Virus record (IMG/VR): IMGVR_UViG_3300046648_000377 | Location: 330 to 64,329 of that record | DNA length: 64,000 nt | DNA from: a virus | Lineage: Duplodnaviria; Caudoviricetes | Strand: one strand, 5' to 3' | In this document: in pieces, positions 40,390 to 48,850 of the stretch | How positions within the stretch are numbered: the first letter of the stretch is position 1 | How the letters are laid out: the number at the start of each line of letters is the position of its first letter | Notes under the pieces: generated by a model | The model's database searches: none | What the model saw: the letters and a program-made list of their open reading frames with translations, nothing else | What the model was told of the DNA's origin: nothing | Program-made: the position numbers and the translations under genes

Positions 40390-40754
40390 TGCGCGGGCCT
40401 CGACTTCTGCACTTCCTGCGTGGCTGCCTGTTTCAGGTAGCCGAGGTCGAACTCGTTCTGCGTAACCCGACGGTCTATCGACTGAAGCGCCAGCACTGAG
40501 GCGTCGCTCACCTTCTGAAGGTTGTCGACCTTGGCCGTCGTATCGTGCTGAGTCAGCGTTAGATCCTGGGTCCGCTGCGAAGCGACCTTGATGTCGTCAC
40601 GCATCTCGCGAACGTAGCCGGTGGCCAGGGCGATCGAACCGGTCACCGTGGTTGTGACGAGCACCTTCGCGACGATCCATAGCAGGCGCGCGCTCGCGGT
40701 CTCACCAATGCGCTGCAGTGCCCCGATCGGAGGGGTGGGTGTGTTTTCGGACAT
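40386..40754 (-). CDS. membrane-anchored coiled-coil protein, first late gene
   Basis: Single hydrophobic segment followed by heptads; AAGGA RBS. Confidence 0.7.
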   Translation of the reverse strand: MSENTPTPPIGALQRIGETASARLLWIVAKVLVTTTVTGSIALATGYVREMRDDIKVASQRTQDLTLTQHDTTAKVDNLQKVSDASVLALQSIDRRVTQNEFDLGYLKQAATQEVQKSRPAQ

Positions 40755-40790
40755 GGGCGTTTCCTTGGTGGCGAGAAAGGCTCATGCCTT
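40750..40790 (-). promoter_or_regulatory. leader RNA switch copy D (AAGGC-AUGA-GCCUU)
   Basis: Different stem with the same loop at 40777-40790; GGCAUGAGCCUUUC can alternatively pair with GAAACGCCCAUGUC over ATG 40754. Confidence 0.65.
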
Positions 40791-40936
40791 GGAAAGGATG
40801 CGGCGGACGCGCGACGTCGGCCCGGGGAGGTGGCCGCTTATCGATCTAGGGGGTCACGTCTTTTGTAGGTCGCAGCGCTGCTGTGTCTCACGACACTGCA
40901 TGGAGGGCGCGTTCAGCCGGCCGCAAAGTAGAAACG

Positions 40937-40968
40937 AAAAAGCCCCGGCGCACATCGCGTCGGGGCTT
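40937..40968 (-). terminator. tR'-like intrinsic terminator
   Basis: AAGCCCCG..CCGGGGCTTTTT shortly downstream of the late promoter. Confidence 0.8.
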
Positions 40969-40999
40969 AGAATCTCGGAGGGATTCGTGGTTGTGGTGA

Positions 41000-41028
41000 T
41001 TTGTAGGCCGTGTGCACGCCGGTGTCAA
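41000..41028 (-). promoter_or_regulatory. pR'-like late promoter
   Basis: TTGACA-17 nt-TACAAA on the minus strand. Confidence 0.75.
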
Positions 41029-41100
41029 CACGTGCGCGCACTTGAATAGGTGTGCGCGTGATGTGCGAATCATGTGCGCGGTGATGTGCGTGAAAGCGGA

Positions 41101-41628
41101 CTATAGCGCCCGAACTGCCTGAGTCGCCCCTTCCTCTGCTTGCGTCTCCACGAAGCCAGCAATCCACTCGTACAGCGCGCGATAGACGCTTTCATTCATA
41201 CGCACGCTTGCCGATGCTTCCTTCCAAGACCGCACGGGACGCACCAGTGCCATGTCGTGGAAGACATCGTGCAGCACCAGCCTTATCCGGTACTGGCGAT
41301 GGTGCGCGACCAGGCTACGCATCGCTGCACTGTTGCGTAGATCGGTGAGGATCCGCGGGACGGCGAGCTCATGGATCTTCTTCCACTCGGCGGCGGTTTG
41401 GCATGAGAGCGCCAGCGCCAGGCACTGCATCAGCGGATCAGTGATGAAGTTGAGGGCTTGGGACAAATCGTCAGCACCGACCGAAAGGCTTCGCGACGCG
41501 CGGCCCACCGTAGGCTCGCGGAACGTACTCCCACCCGCTAGGCGCGAGAGACGTTCAAGCGCACCGCGGCCATCGAGCACGGACGTTTCCAGGGCGCGTC
41601 GTGGCCCTCGGGAGTTGCGGGTGGTCAT
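41101..41628 (-). CDS. putative late antiterminator/activator (Q position)
   Basis: Last gene before the promoter-terminator; C-terminal HTH-like segment; TGATG overlap. Confidence 0.6.
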   Translation of the reverse strand: MTTRNSRGPRRALETSVLDGRGALERLSRLAGGSTFREPTVGRASRSLSVGADDLSQALNFITDPLMQCLALALSCQTAAEWKKIHELAVPRILTDLRNSAAMRSLVAHHRQYRIRLVLHDVFHDMALVRPVRSWKEASASVRMNESVYRALYEWIAGFVETQAEEGATQAVRAL

Positions 41629-42035
41629 CAGGCGAGCACGATCCGAATCGGGTAGTGGTGCTCGACCTCGCGCTTCTTGAGGCGGAAGACCTGCGTCTCC
41701 CTGCCCTTTACGTCGACGTACTCCGCGAGGCGCACGGCGTCCTTGAAGAACACGAGGAAGTCGATGACGTAGCGCGTGCCGCCGGGGAGGTAGATCGGCA
41801 CCTGGCGCAGGAAATACCACACCTCGCCGGAGGCCTGCCGAAGCTTCAGCTGCTCGTAGTAGCGAGCCTCCTTCTTGCTGTCGAACCGGATGCCGTCGAC
41901 GACGGTGGGCTGATTCCGATACTTCCGCGGTGGTTCGACTTGTGGGGTTGCTGCAGCGCCGATCTGGGCCTCGATGCGCTGCCGCAACGCCGGCGGCAAC
42001 ACATCCATGCTGGTGAACCGGAGTCCGTTGCTCAC
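41628..42035 (-). CDS. DUF1064 family endonuclease-like protein
   Basis: KYRNQPTVVDGIRFDSKKEA..Y..DF..DVKG. Confidence 0.88.
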   Translation of the reverse strand: MSNGLRFTSMDVLPPALRQRIEAQIGAAATPQVEPPRKYRNQPTVVDGIRFDSKKEARYYEQLKLRQASGEVWYFLRQVPIYLPGGTRYVIDFLVFFKDAVRLAEYVDVKGRETQVFRLKKREVEHHYPIRIVLA

Positions 42036-42532
42036 CCGTGTTCACCCAGCCCTGCAGCCGCCAAGCGCTGACGAACCTTCGCGCGCGTGGTGGACAGATC
42101 AGCGAGGAACCGTGTCACGCATTCGATGAGAAGGTCTTGCCCATCCAGCAGGGTCGTTACCTGGTCGCGCGACATGCTGTCGATTTCCAGTCGAGCTCGT
42201 CCCGTGGCCACGCGCATACCCGGGATCTCCTCGGTGTACGGCGGCGGCGGTGGCGTCGTTCCCGCGGCGGTATCTGTGACCAGGTAGGCAGGCGTTGTTC
42301 GCCGAGCTCGGTCGTCATAGCCGGTGCCGGCCTTCCGTACCAAAGCCGCCTTCTCGAGCAGCTGCAGGCGAGCCGCGACGATGCGTCGCGTGAGGTTGGC
42401 CGTCTGCGCCGCTGTCCAGCCGTGTGACAGTGCCAAGCCCATTGCCAAGTCCAGGAGCGTGTCGCTGTTGGCTGGCTTCGCTTCTCGCGCCAGCGCAGCT
42501 AGGAGCAGCTGGTCGAATCTATCAGCCGCCAT
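42032..42532 (-). CDS. winged-helix-like hypothetical protein
   Basis: VAARLQLLEKAALVRK; coupled in the operon. Confidence 0.6.
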   Translation of the reverse strand: MAADRFDQLLLAALAREAKPANSDTLLDLAMGLALSHGWTAAQTANLTRRIVAARLQLLEKAALVRKAGTGYDDRARRTTPAYLVTDTAAGTTPPPPPYTEEIPGMRVATGRARLEIDSMSRDQVTTLLDGQDLLIECVTRFLADLSTTRAKVRQRLAAAGLGEHG

Positions 42533-43292
42533 GACCGCCCTCCTCGTCACGTGACCGGTACAGCAGCTCGCGGATCCGCGACAGGTGCTCCTCGACGACA
42601 TGGTCGGGGGCAGGTACCGGTTTCTCGCGCTTCTTCGAAGGGCCAGCAAGGTACCCAGCTGGCGCGGGTGGGACGTCGCCGCCCGCCATCACGTGTTCCC
42701 GCGCCAGCCCGTAGGCGTCGCGAACGGCGAAGGTGAATGATTTCGGATCGTCGTGATCCAGGCGCCACGTGTCGATGTTCCTCAGCACCAGGCGCACGAA
42801 ACCCTGCAACCATGGATCGTCCGCCAGGTCCTGACGGCTCAGCAGCAGCTGCACGCGCGCCAGAGGTGGAACGCCGAGACACATGGCGCGGAACTCAGGC
42901 AGCGTTGGAGGAAAGCCGTTCGCGCTGAAGACGGCACGACGCACGCCCGCAGCGATCGATTGTGGCGAGAGGGCGGTGAGGCCTTCGGCCCACACGATGC
43001 CCGCGTCTGTCAGCCCTGCGCCTCCCGCCGGCTTGTCCGGATCATCCCGCTCGGGCGAATCTCCGAACGCACTCGCCCACCTGTAGCCGTAGATGCCCGT
43101 CATCTTCGACCACAGGTGACGGAGGATCCGTCGCTCAGCCGGCGTGAGCGTCGGCTGATTCCCTTTCCCGTTCGAGTTCGTCGTCACGGGCGTCTGCCTC
43201 GCGTCGTTTGCGTTCTGCTCGGGCGGCAACGGATTCATTTTTTGGTGCTCGACGTCCACCAGCGTCGCCGCGACCTGTTTGGCCTGCTGCAT
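42522..43292 (-). CDS. lambda P-like replication protein
   Basis: LWSKMTGIYGYRW..W..GL..FPPTLPEFRAMC; start uncertain (43292 or 43238). Confidence 0.7.
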   Translation of the reverse strand: MQQAKQVAATLVDVEHQKMNPLPPEQNANDARQTPVTTNSNGKGNQPTLTPAERRILRHLWSKMTGIYGYRWASAFGDSPERDDPDKPAGGAGLTDAGIVWAEGLTALSPQSIAAGVRRAVFSANGFPPTLPEFRAMCLGVPPLARVQLLLSRQDLADDPWLQGFVRLVLRNIDTWRLDHDDPKSFTFAVRDAYGLAREHVMAGGDVPPAPAGYLAGPSKKREKPVPAPDHVVEEHLSRIRELLYRSRDEEGGHGG

Positions 43293-44130
43293 CGAAGTTC
43301 CCCTGCGAGAGATTGAAATCGGCGGCGCGGCCCATGAGGGTCGCCGCGAGGTAGTTGAGGTTCGGCAACTGGCCGTGCGCCTTCGGACGGTTCTGCAACT
43401 CCCGGGCCGTGTCGACCGCCTGCTCGATCGTGGCGCCAGCAGCGACCAGTTGCAGGAGCTCCATGCGGCTCGGGCTGACATCCTTCATGCCCAGATCCCG
43501 CAGTGCCTTGGCCATTGCGATCAAGACACCACGATCGACAGCGAGCGGGGGAACGCCCTCCCCTTCCTCAGTCACCACGCTCGTAGAAGAGTCTCCTACT
43601 GAGTAGGAAGAGGAAGATGAAGTAGAAGCACCGGCACCATGCCGTGGGTTAGGTGCGCCGTTTGATGCATCATCAAAGCCTCCACCAAAGTCATCACCAA
43701 AGCCCCCCTTGGGTGCGGGGTTTTGTTCGCTCCCGAACTGACCGCCAGCGCCCCGTACACGGCGCACGTACTCGTCTCGCACCATCCGCGGCGAGTACCA
43801 GATGGGCCCTTCCTGCGCCGCAATTAGCTCTACGGGATTACCAAGTTTTCGTCCCGATTTCGGGACGTAGATCATGGGCTCACATTCGCCCTTTTCTATG
43901 CCGTAAAGCACGCCTTTTTCGACAAGCTCCTTGAGCTCGCGCATCTTGGCGCCTGTTGCTTGGCCGATCTCCTTCAGGTGCCAACGGAGGACGCCGTACT
44001 CGTCGCTGTCGTGCATGTAGCAAAGTATGTCGACCCAGACTGCGCGTGCAGCCCAGGAGCAACGGCGGAGCTTGACGCTCTTGAGCCAGTCGCCTGGGTA
44101 GAACTGGAACGAGGGCCGAGCATCACTCAT
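43135..44130 (-). CDS. replication initiator (O-like, DUF1376/YdaU-type N-terminus)
   Basis: RPSFQFYPGDW..ARAVWVDILCYMH; internal short repeats. Confidence 0.8.
   Translation of the reverse strand: MSDARPSFQFYPGDWLKSVKLRRCSWAARAVWVDILCYMHDSDEYGVLRWHLKEIGQATGAKMRELKELVEKGVLYGIEKGECEPMIYVPKSGRKLGNPVELIAAQEGPIWYSPRMVRDEYVRRVRGAGGQFGSEQNPAPKGGFGDDFGGGFDDASNGAPNPRHGAGASTSSSSSYSVGDSSTSVVTEEGEGVPPLAVDRGVLIAMAKALRDLGMKDVSPSRMELLQLVAAGATIEQAVDTARELQNRPKAHGQLPNLNYLAATLMGRAADFNLSQGNFDAAGQTGRGDAGGRRAPKNESVAARAERKRREADARDDELERERESADAHAG
43670..43710. repeat. putative origin iterons within initiator gene
   Basis: CA(T/C)CAAAG three times at 12-bp spacing. Confidence 0.5.
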
Positions 44131-44190
44131 GCGACCGCCCGAGCGAGATCGTGCGCAGGTGCCAGCCCGCGCTGCTAGGGAGCGCGTACA

Positions 44191-44676
44191 TCAGAAGCCT
44201 CCTGTCGCCGGCTCGTCGCGCTCTACGAGCGAGAACCGCGGCGGCTGTCCCGGCAAGCCATGCGGCTCCGGCAGCTCTGTGCCCAGTCGGGCGAGTTCAG
44301 CGGTTGCAGCTGCGAGGAGACTGTTGTGCTGCTCGGTAGCAGTGGCGATGCGATCGAGTAGCGATTGCCTGCGCTCTTCGGTCGGGATACGACGGAGTTC
44401 GAAGCCGAGATCCCGGGCCATGGCGAAGAAGAGTTCGTGGCGCTCAAAGCGCAGCATCAGCGCCCACACTTCGCCGATCTTGAAGTACGCCGGCTTGCCC
44501 GGGTTAAGGCAGTCGTTGAAACGGCTGATCGCCGCGTCCCACGTTAGGCGGCTCCGATCCCAGAACCCTTCTTCGAAGAGGAACTCGATCATCTGGCGTT
44601 TGGTAGCGCCGTCGACGTCGAGTGTTGAGCGGAGGGCATCTGTCCCTCGCTGCAGCCACTGTGCGTCAATTCGCAT
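44191..44676 (-). CDS. CII-like transcriptional regulator
   Basis: RFNDCLNPGKPAYFKIGEV..; located between cro and the initiator. Confidence 0.6.
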   Translation of the reverse strand: MRIDAQWLQRGTDALRSTLDVDGATKRQMIEFLFEEGFWDRSRLTWDAAISRFNDCLNPGKPAYFKIGEVWALMLRFERHELFFAMARDLGFELRRIPTEERRQSLLDRIATATEQHNSLLAAATAELARLGTELPEPHGLPGQPPRFSLVERDEPATGGF

Positions 44677-45049
44677 GTTGTAACCCCGCGATGGCGTGAT
44701 CAGTCGTGCCGCACGTCTGGCTTGTGCCCGCACGCACGGCGTAAGTGGTGATGAGCGCCAGCAGGGCGCCGGCGATGAAACAGAAGACGATTGAGAGAGG
44801 CTGCTGGTGCATGGCCTCCCCAGGCGCGGAACCCTCGGCGCCAGCCATCTGCTCAACGAAGTGGTACTCGCTGATCAGCGGCGTATCGCAGCCTTCGCCC
44901 TGGGCTCGTAGCGCGACGAGGTAAGCGTCCATCCAAGCGCGTCGTCGAGGACGCGAGCGCGCCTTGCGCAGACGAAACGCAATGGCCGTGTACCTCAACG
45001 GCCTGGGCCCTCGTCGAACCTGAGCATTGCTGAGCGACGCGTCGCGCAT
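44666..45049 (-). CDS. hypothetical membrane protein
   Basis: ORF with C-terminal TM; start uncertain. Confidence 0.45.
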   Translation of the reverse strand: MRDASLSNAQVRRGPRPLRYTAIAFRLRKARSRPRRRAWMDAYLVALRAQGEGCDTPLISEYHFVEQMAGAEGSAPGEAMHQQPLSIVFCFIAGALLALITTYAVRAGTSQTCGTTDHAIAGLQHAN

Positions 45050-45127
45050 GTGTGTAACCCCCTGCGGTATATCGGTTTAGGCGCTGTGGCAGACTTGGTG
45101 CTCGTCTCTGAAGCGAAGGAATGCCCC

Positions 45128-45481
45128 ATGCCTGTCGCGTGCGCGCTCGGCCTCGCCGCTTGCCTGACCTTTGTGGACAGCCGGATTCCTGCGGACGACG
45201 CCCTTGCGATCAGGGATACCTGCGACCAGGTCGCGTCGCTGCCGGCGGCCTCGTTCGTTCAGCACCAGCCCAGAAGCGGCGCGCCGGCCGATATCGAGCA
45301 GGCCGCGCGCGCCAGCTGGGGCGAAGCGATGGGAGAGACGCTTCAAAGCAAAGGCCTGAAGTTGGCGTGGCCACCAGGGCCTGCCCAGCGCCAGGCGGCG
45401 TGGAACATCACGTGCCGCCAATTCGAGCAGGCGTTCAATGACCGATCCCGCTGGACGCACCTCGAGCACTGGCCCAAATAG
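45128..45481 (+). CDS. counter-oriented small protein, possibly exported
   Basis: AAGGA RBS, hydrophobic N-terminus, four Cys. Confidence 0.55.
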   Translation: MPVACALGLAACLTFVDSRIPADDALAIRDTCDQVASLPAASFVQHQPRSGAPADIEQAARASWGEAMGETLQSKGLKLAWPPGPAQRQAAWNITCRQFEQAFNDRSRWTHLEHWPK

Positions 45482-45531
45482 GCCGTTTGGCCATCGTGAT
45501 CGAGGATTGCTGAGGATTCGGGCGCTCATGT

Positions 45532-45873
45532 CTACTGCGCCTCCGAGGGCTTGATTCCGTGCGGCAGGTAGCCGTCAGTGATCAGCTGCGCAGTTTCAGG
45601 GGCGACGCCAAAGGTCTTGGGGCGCAACCGATACCGAGTCACAAACCCTTCGACAGCCTCCTCCATGGGGATCACCTGGTCGGCCGGAACGCTCTTCCGC
45701 TTCCGCCACATGCTCACCTGGTGAGGCGGCACCCCGAGAGCCAGAGCCATCTTCGAGACGCCACCGATATGTTGAATCGCCAGATCAAGAGCTTGAAGGA
45801 CCAAGTCGGCAGCAGCGGCGTCAGCATCGGCGTCGGTGGGGCGAGGAGCCAGGTCAAGAGCAGTGAGGGTCAT
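45532..45873 (-). CDS. cro: Cro/YdaS-like HTH regulator
   Basis: GGVSKMALALGVPPHQVSMW..VPA..VTRYRLRP..FG; divergent from cI. Confidence 0.85.
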   Translation of the reverse strand: MTLTALDLAPRPTDADADAAAADLVLQALDLAIQHIGGVSKMALALGVPPHQVSMWRKRKSVPADQVIPMEEAVEGFVTRYRLRPKTFGVAPETAQLITDGYLPHGIKPSEAQ

Positions 45874-45879
45874 GCGCGC

Positions 45880-45908
45880 ATTGTCACGCAACGTGACATT
45901 CTAAGCAA
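45880..45908 (-). promoter_or_regulatory. PR promoter with operator TGTCACG-N3-CGTGACA
   Basis: TTGCTT-17-GACAAT; palindrome at 45882-45898; cro ATG lies 6 nt after the -10 box. Confidence 0.75.
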
Positions 45909-45966
45909 CACACTGGGAAACATGGGTGATGGCGGCTTCACCGCAAAGCGCGAACCATCCCGCCCC

Positions 45967-46617
45967 ATGGATCCTCATCTGCTCGGCGCACGAATCGCCA
46001 ACGCCCGAAAGAGCCTCAACCTGACTCAGGAGAGGCTCGCGGCCCACCTCGGCTACTCGTCGACCAGTCGCCTGGGCAACTACGAAAGCGGGAACCGCAT
46101 CCCTTCGCTTGCGGATCTCACCGAAATCGCCAAGGCACTTGGGTACACGCTCGACGTGCTTGTCGAAGGCGACGAGATCCTGGGCGAAGAGCGCGCACCG
46201 ACCATTCGCGGCGACATCCCTGGCCACGTGCAGATCGACCGATTGGCCGGGTTCGACAAGCACACTGGGCCAAACGAGCTCTACCTACCTGAATTCCTCG
46301 TTCGCCAGCGTGTGCCTCATGCGAACCTGAAGAACGTCCGCTGGATCCGAAATCCGACCACCGTGATGCGACCACGTATCCAACCGGGCGCCTTGGTGCT
46401 CGTAGACGTGAGTCACAGCGACCTGGACCAGGTCATGGATGGCGAGACATACGCTGTGCGCCTGTACGGTCGTCCCGACATCCGGCGGATCCAGCTCATG
46501 CCGGGCGATGAGTCCATCCGCCTGGTGGGCGATCGCGAAACAGACAACCGTTTCGAGCTGGCGCGCGCTGACTACTCGAAGCTCGAGATCGGCGGCCTAG
46601 TCATAGACTGCCTGTAA
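45967..46617 (+). CDS. cI: CI-like repressor (XRE HTH + catalytically degenerate S24 domain)
   Basis: LTQERLAAHLG..LGNYESGNRIPS; C-domain NPTTVMRPRIQPGALVLVD..DIRRIQ; alternative start 45922. Confidence 0.85.
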   Translation: MDPHLLGARIANARKSLNLTQERLAAHLGYSSTSRLGNYESGNRIPSLADLTEIAKALGYTLDVLVEGDEILGEERAPTIRGDIPGHVQIDRLAGFDKHTGPNELYLPEFLVRQRVPHANLKNVRWIRNPTTVMRPRIQPGALVLVDVSHSDLDQVMDGETYAVRLYGRPDIRRIQLMPGDESIRLVGDRETDNRFELARADYSKLEIGGLVIDCL

Positions 46618-46683
46618 TCCATAGACTGGCGTTCATCCCAGTGGTAGCGTTCTCGGCCGGGGAGTCACCTTGCAGAACATTCA

Positions 46684-48327
46684 ATGATTGACCGTGCAGT
46701 GGATGCTTGGGGCGCGCGCAGCGCATTGGCAAGGAAGGCCGCACGGGCTTTGAGTCACGTTGCCATTGCGGCGACCTATGCGCTTGCTTATCTGGCGCTT
46801 CGCGAGACGTCAAACGACCAGTGGTATCTGCCGGCTGGCCTTCGCTTCGTCATGTTACTCATCACCCCGACGCGATACTGGCCCGCGTTGTACGCCGGCG
46901 ACATCGTTGCGCTGGGCCTATTCCGCATTCCCATGATTCCGCGCGACGGTATCGCTTGGGTGACGGCCTCGGTCTTCCCGGTGTGGCCCGCCGTAGCCGC
47001 GGTCGTGTACCAGCTTCGGAAGAAGTCGGCGCTCCCGCACATTCGCACGGCCATGGACGCCGGCTGGTTCGTCATCGCCGCACTGATTGCTGCAGAGCTG
47101 CCAAGCTTTCTCAACAAGGCATGCTCTGCCCTTCTGAGGCACAGCGCCGGCGCGATGAAGTTCTCGGACCTCTTCGTCTACACGATGGGCCACCTGCAGG
47201 GGATCCTGCTCTTCTCGTTCGTCGCTATCTGCATTTTCGGCAAATGCGTGGATCCACGGCGCGAGCGCATGCTCCGGATCGATGCCGGGGTCACTATCGT
47301 GCTTTCGCTCATCCTCGCTGCAGCCATCTCCGCCGCCACCGCCACTAGCGCCGATACGAACCTCATCCAGGGCATGCGCATGCTGTTGCTGGTTCCGGCC
47401 GTCGCGATGTCGGTCCGCTTTGGCTACCGGGGCGCGTGTGTCGGTGCTGTGGCATCCAACGTGGCGCTCTTCTTGACCATCCCTCACCAAGACGCCGGTC
47501 TCAGCGACCCGGGCGCGCTGGTGATGCAAGAGGCCTTCGCCCTGATCGCCTGCTCCATGTTCGTGCTCGGCGCCCGGATCTACGAGCGAATGCATGAGGC
47601 AACAGGGGCGAGCAACGCCGAGCGCGCGGCACGCCACCTGGCCAAGGCCAGCTTCGACTCGAGCGAATCGCTCATGCGCGAACGCGCCATTCGGGCCGAG
47701 GAGCTCCAGACGAGCAGCCGCACGGCCATGCAGTCGACGATTAAGTGGCTCAGGGCACAGGGCCATTCCGAGGTCGCCATGGGCTTGGTGGGTATCGCCC
47801 ACAGCCAAGCCGCGGCCTTTCAACAGATCATCGTCGACGCCCTTTACCCACTCACGCTCGAGCGCGACGGCCTTTACGCGGCGCTGAACTCGGAGGCGTT
47901 TCACCTACAGTTCGACATGGCATCCGTGGAGTGCAATCTCGACCTCCTGGGCTCGGCCCAGGATCTCCCGATCGCGACCCAGCGCGCTGTATACCGCGTG
48001 ATCGGCGAGTCGGTGGACTATCTGCTCGCCTCGATTCCCACAAGCATGCAGATCCGCGTACGCTGCACGACCCGCAATGGGCGTGGCCACGTAAGCATCG
48101 CTCTCTACGCTCGCGATCCAGCAGTGACCACGAGGTCGTCGGTAGACACTGCTCGCCTGGCCGGCCTTCGCACGCGCGCCATGGCCTACGAGGGATCGTT
48201 TCACAATAAGCCGCACCGTATCCGGGTCATCCTCCTGGACGAGGCGATGGAACGGCACGGGATACCAACGCTGCGAGGGCACGTCACCCGAAGAGCTCAA
48301 CGCGCTCAAAAAGAAAAGGCCCCGTGA
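46684..48327 (+). CDS. MASE1-domain membrane sensor with degenerate UhpB-like HisKA_3/HATPase
   Basis: QWYLPAGLRF..P.RYWP and multiple TMs; LYPLTLERDGL, VYRVIGESV, LAGLRTRA. Confidence 0.85.
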   Translation: MIDRAVDAWGARSALARKAARALSHVAIAATYALAYLALRETSNDQWYLPAGLRFVMLLITPTRYWPALYAGDIVALGLFRIPMIPRDGIAWVTASVFPVWPAVAAVVYQLRKKSALPHIRTAMDAGWFVIAALIAAELPSFLNKACSALLRHSAGAMKFSDLFVYTMGHLQGILLFSFVAICIFGKCVDPRRERMLRIDAGVTIVLSLILAAAISAATATSADTNLIQGMRMLLLVPAVAMSVRFGYRGACVGAVASNVALFLTIPHQDAGLSDPGALVMQEAFALIACSMFVLGARIYERMHEATGASNAERAARHLAKASFDSSESLMRERAIRAEELQTSSRTAMQSTIKWLRAQGHSEVAMGLVGIAHSQAAAFQQIIVDALYPLTLERDGLYAALNSEAFHLQFDMASVECNLDLLGSAQDLPIATQRAVYRVIGESVDYLLASIPTSMQIRVRCTTRNGRGHVSIALYARDPAVTTRSSVDTARLAGLRTRAMAYEGSFHNKPHRIRVILLDEAMERHGIPTLRGHVTRRAQRAQKEKAP

Positions 48328-48342
48328 GGGGCCTTTTCGTTT
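48313..48342. terminator. bidirectional intrinsic terminator
   Basis: GAAAAGGCCCC-GTGA-GGGGCCTTTTC between convergent genes. Confidence 0.85.
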
Positions 48343-48357
48343 CTAGAGCTCGAAGCC

Positions 48358-48801
48358 TTACTTGACGAAGACCTGCCAAGTGACAGTGCCGTCGGCATTG
48401 GTGACAACACCCACCACCGAGTAGTCGTCCTGATACACCACCACCGCAACTGGCGGCGCAACGGCCACTTGCTGCACCAGATCGCTGCCGATCGGCAGCG
48501 CCAGCACTCGGTCGCCCACAACGGTGTACGCAGCGCGCGGAACGCCGGTGGCGTCGGTCAGCTCGACATAGCGCACCGTATCCCGGGTGAAGACGTACAC
48601 GCGCCAGTCCGGCGCCGCCGAAAGGTTCTGTGCTTCCGGGGCTGCCTTGCCCAGGTCCGTTTGCGTCGGCACCGCCATCGCATGCGGCTTGCCGTTGTCC
48701 CCCGAGGCGCAGCACGGCAATTCCGCGTGGGCACTCAATGACACACCTAAACCGGTAAGTAACAGCGCAAATCCGATCCGTGAGAGCTGGGCGCGTCGCA
48801 T
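48358..48801 (-). CDS. secreted protein (Sec signal peptide)
   Basis: MRRAQ..LLLTGLGVSLSAHA cleavage site; DLG.AAP.AQNLSAAPDWRVYVF..VRYV..D; GGAGG RBS. Confidence 0.85.
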   Translation of the reverse strand: MRRAQLSRIGFALLLTGLGVSLSAHAELPCCASGDNGKPHAMAVPTQTDLGKAAPEAQNLSAAPDWRVYVFTRDTVRYVELTDATGVPRAAYTVVGDRVLALPIGSDLVQQVAVAPPVAVVVYQDDYSVVGVVTNADGTVTWQVFVK

Positions 48802-48850
48802 CTTGGAGAGCCTCCGATGGGTGAAGTTTCATGAATGCTTGATAAACGAT

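Noticed and set aside
46684-48327. Active two-component histidine kinase
   Set aside because: Phospho-His and ATP-binding N/G1/G2 boxes are substituted and no response regulator is nearby; treated as a pseudokinase
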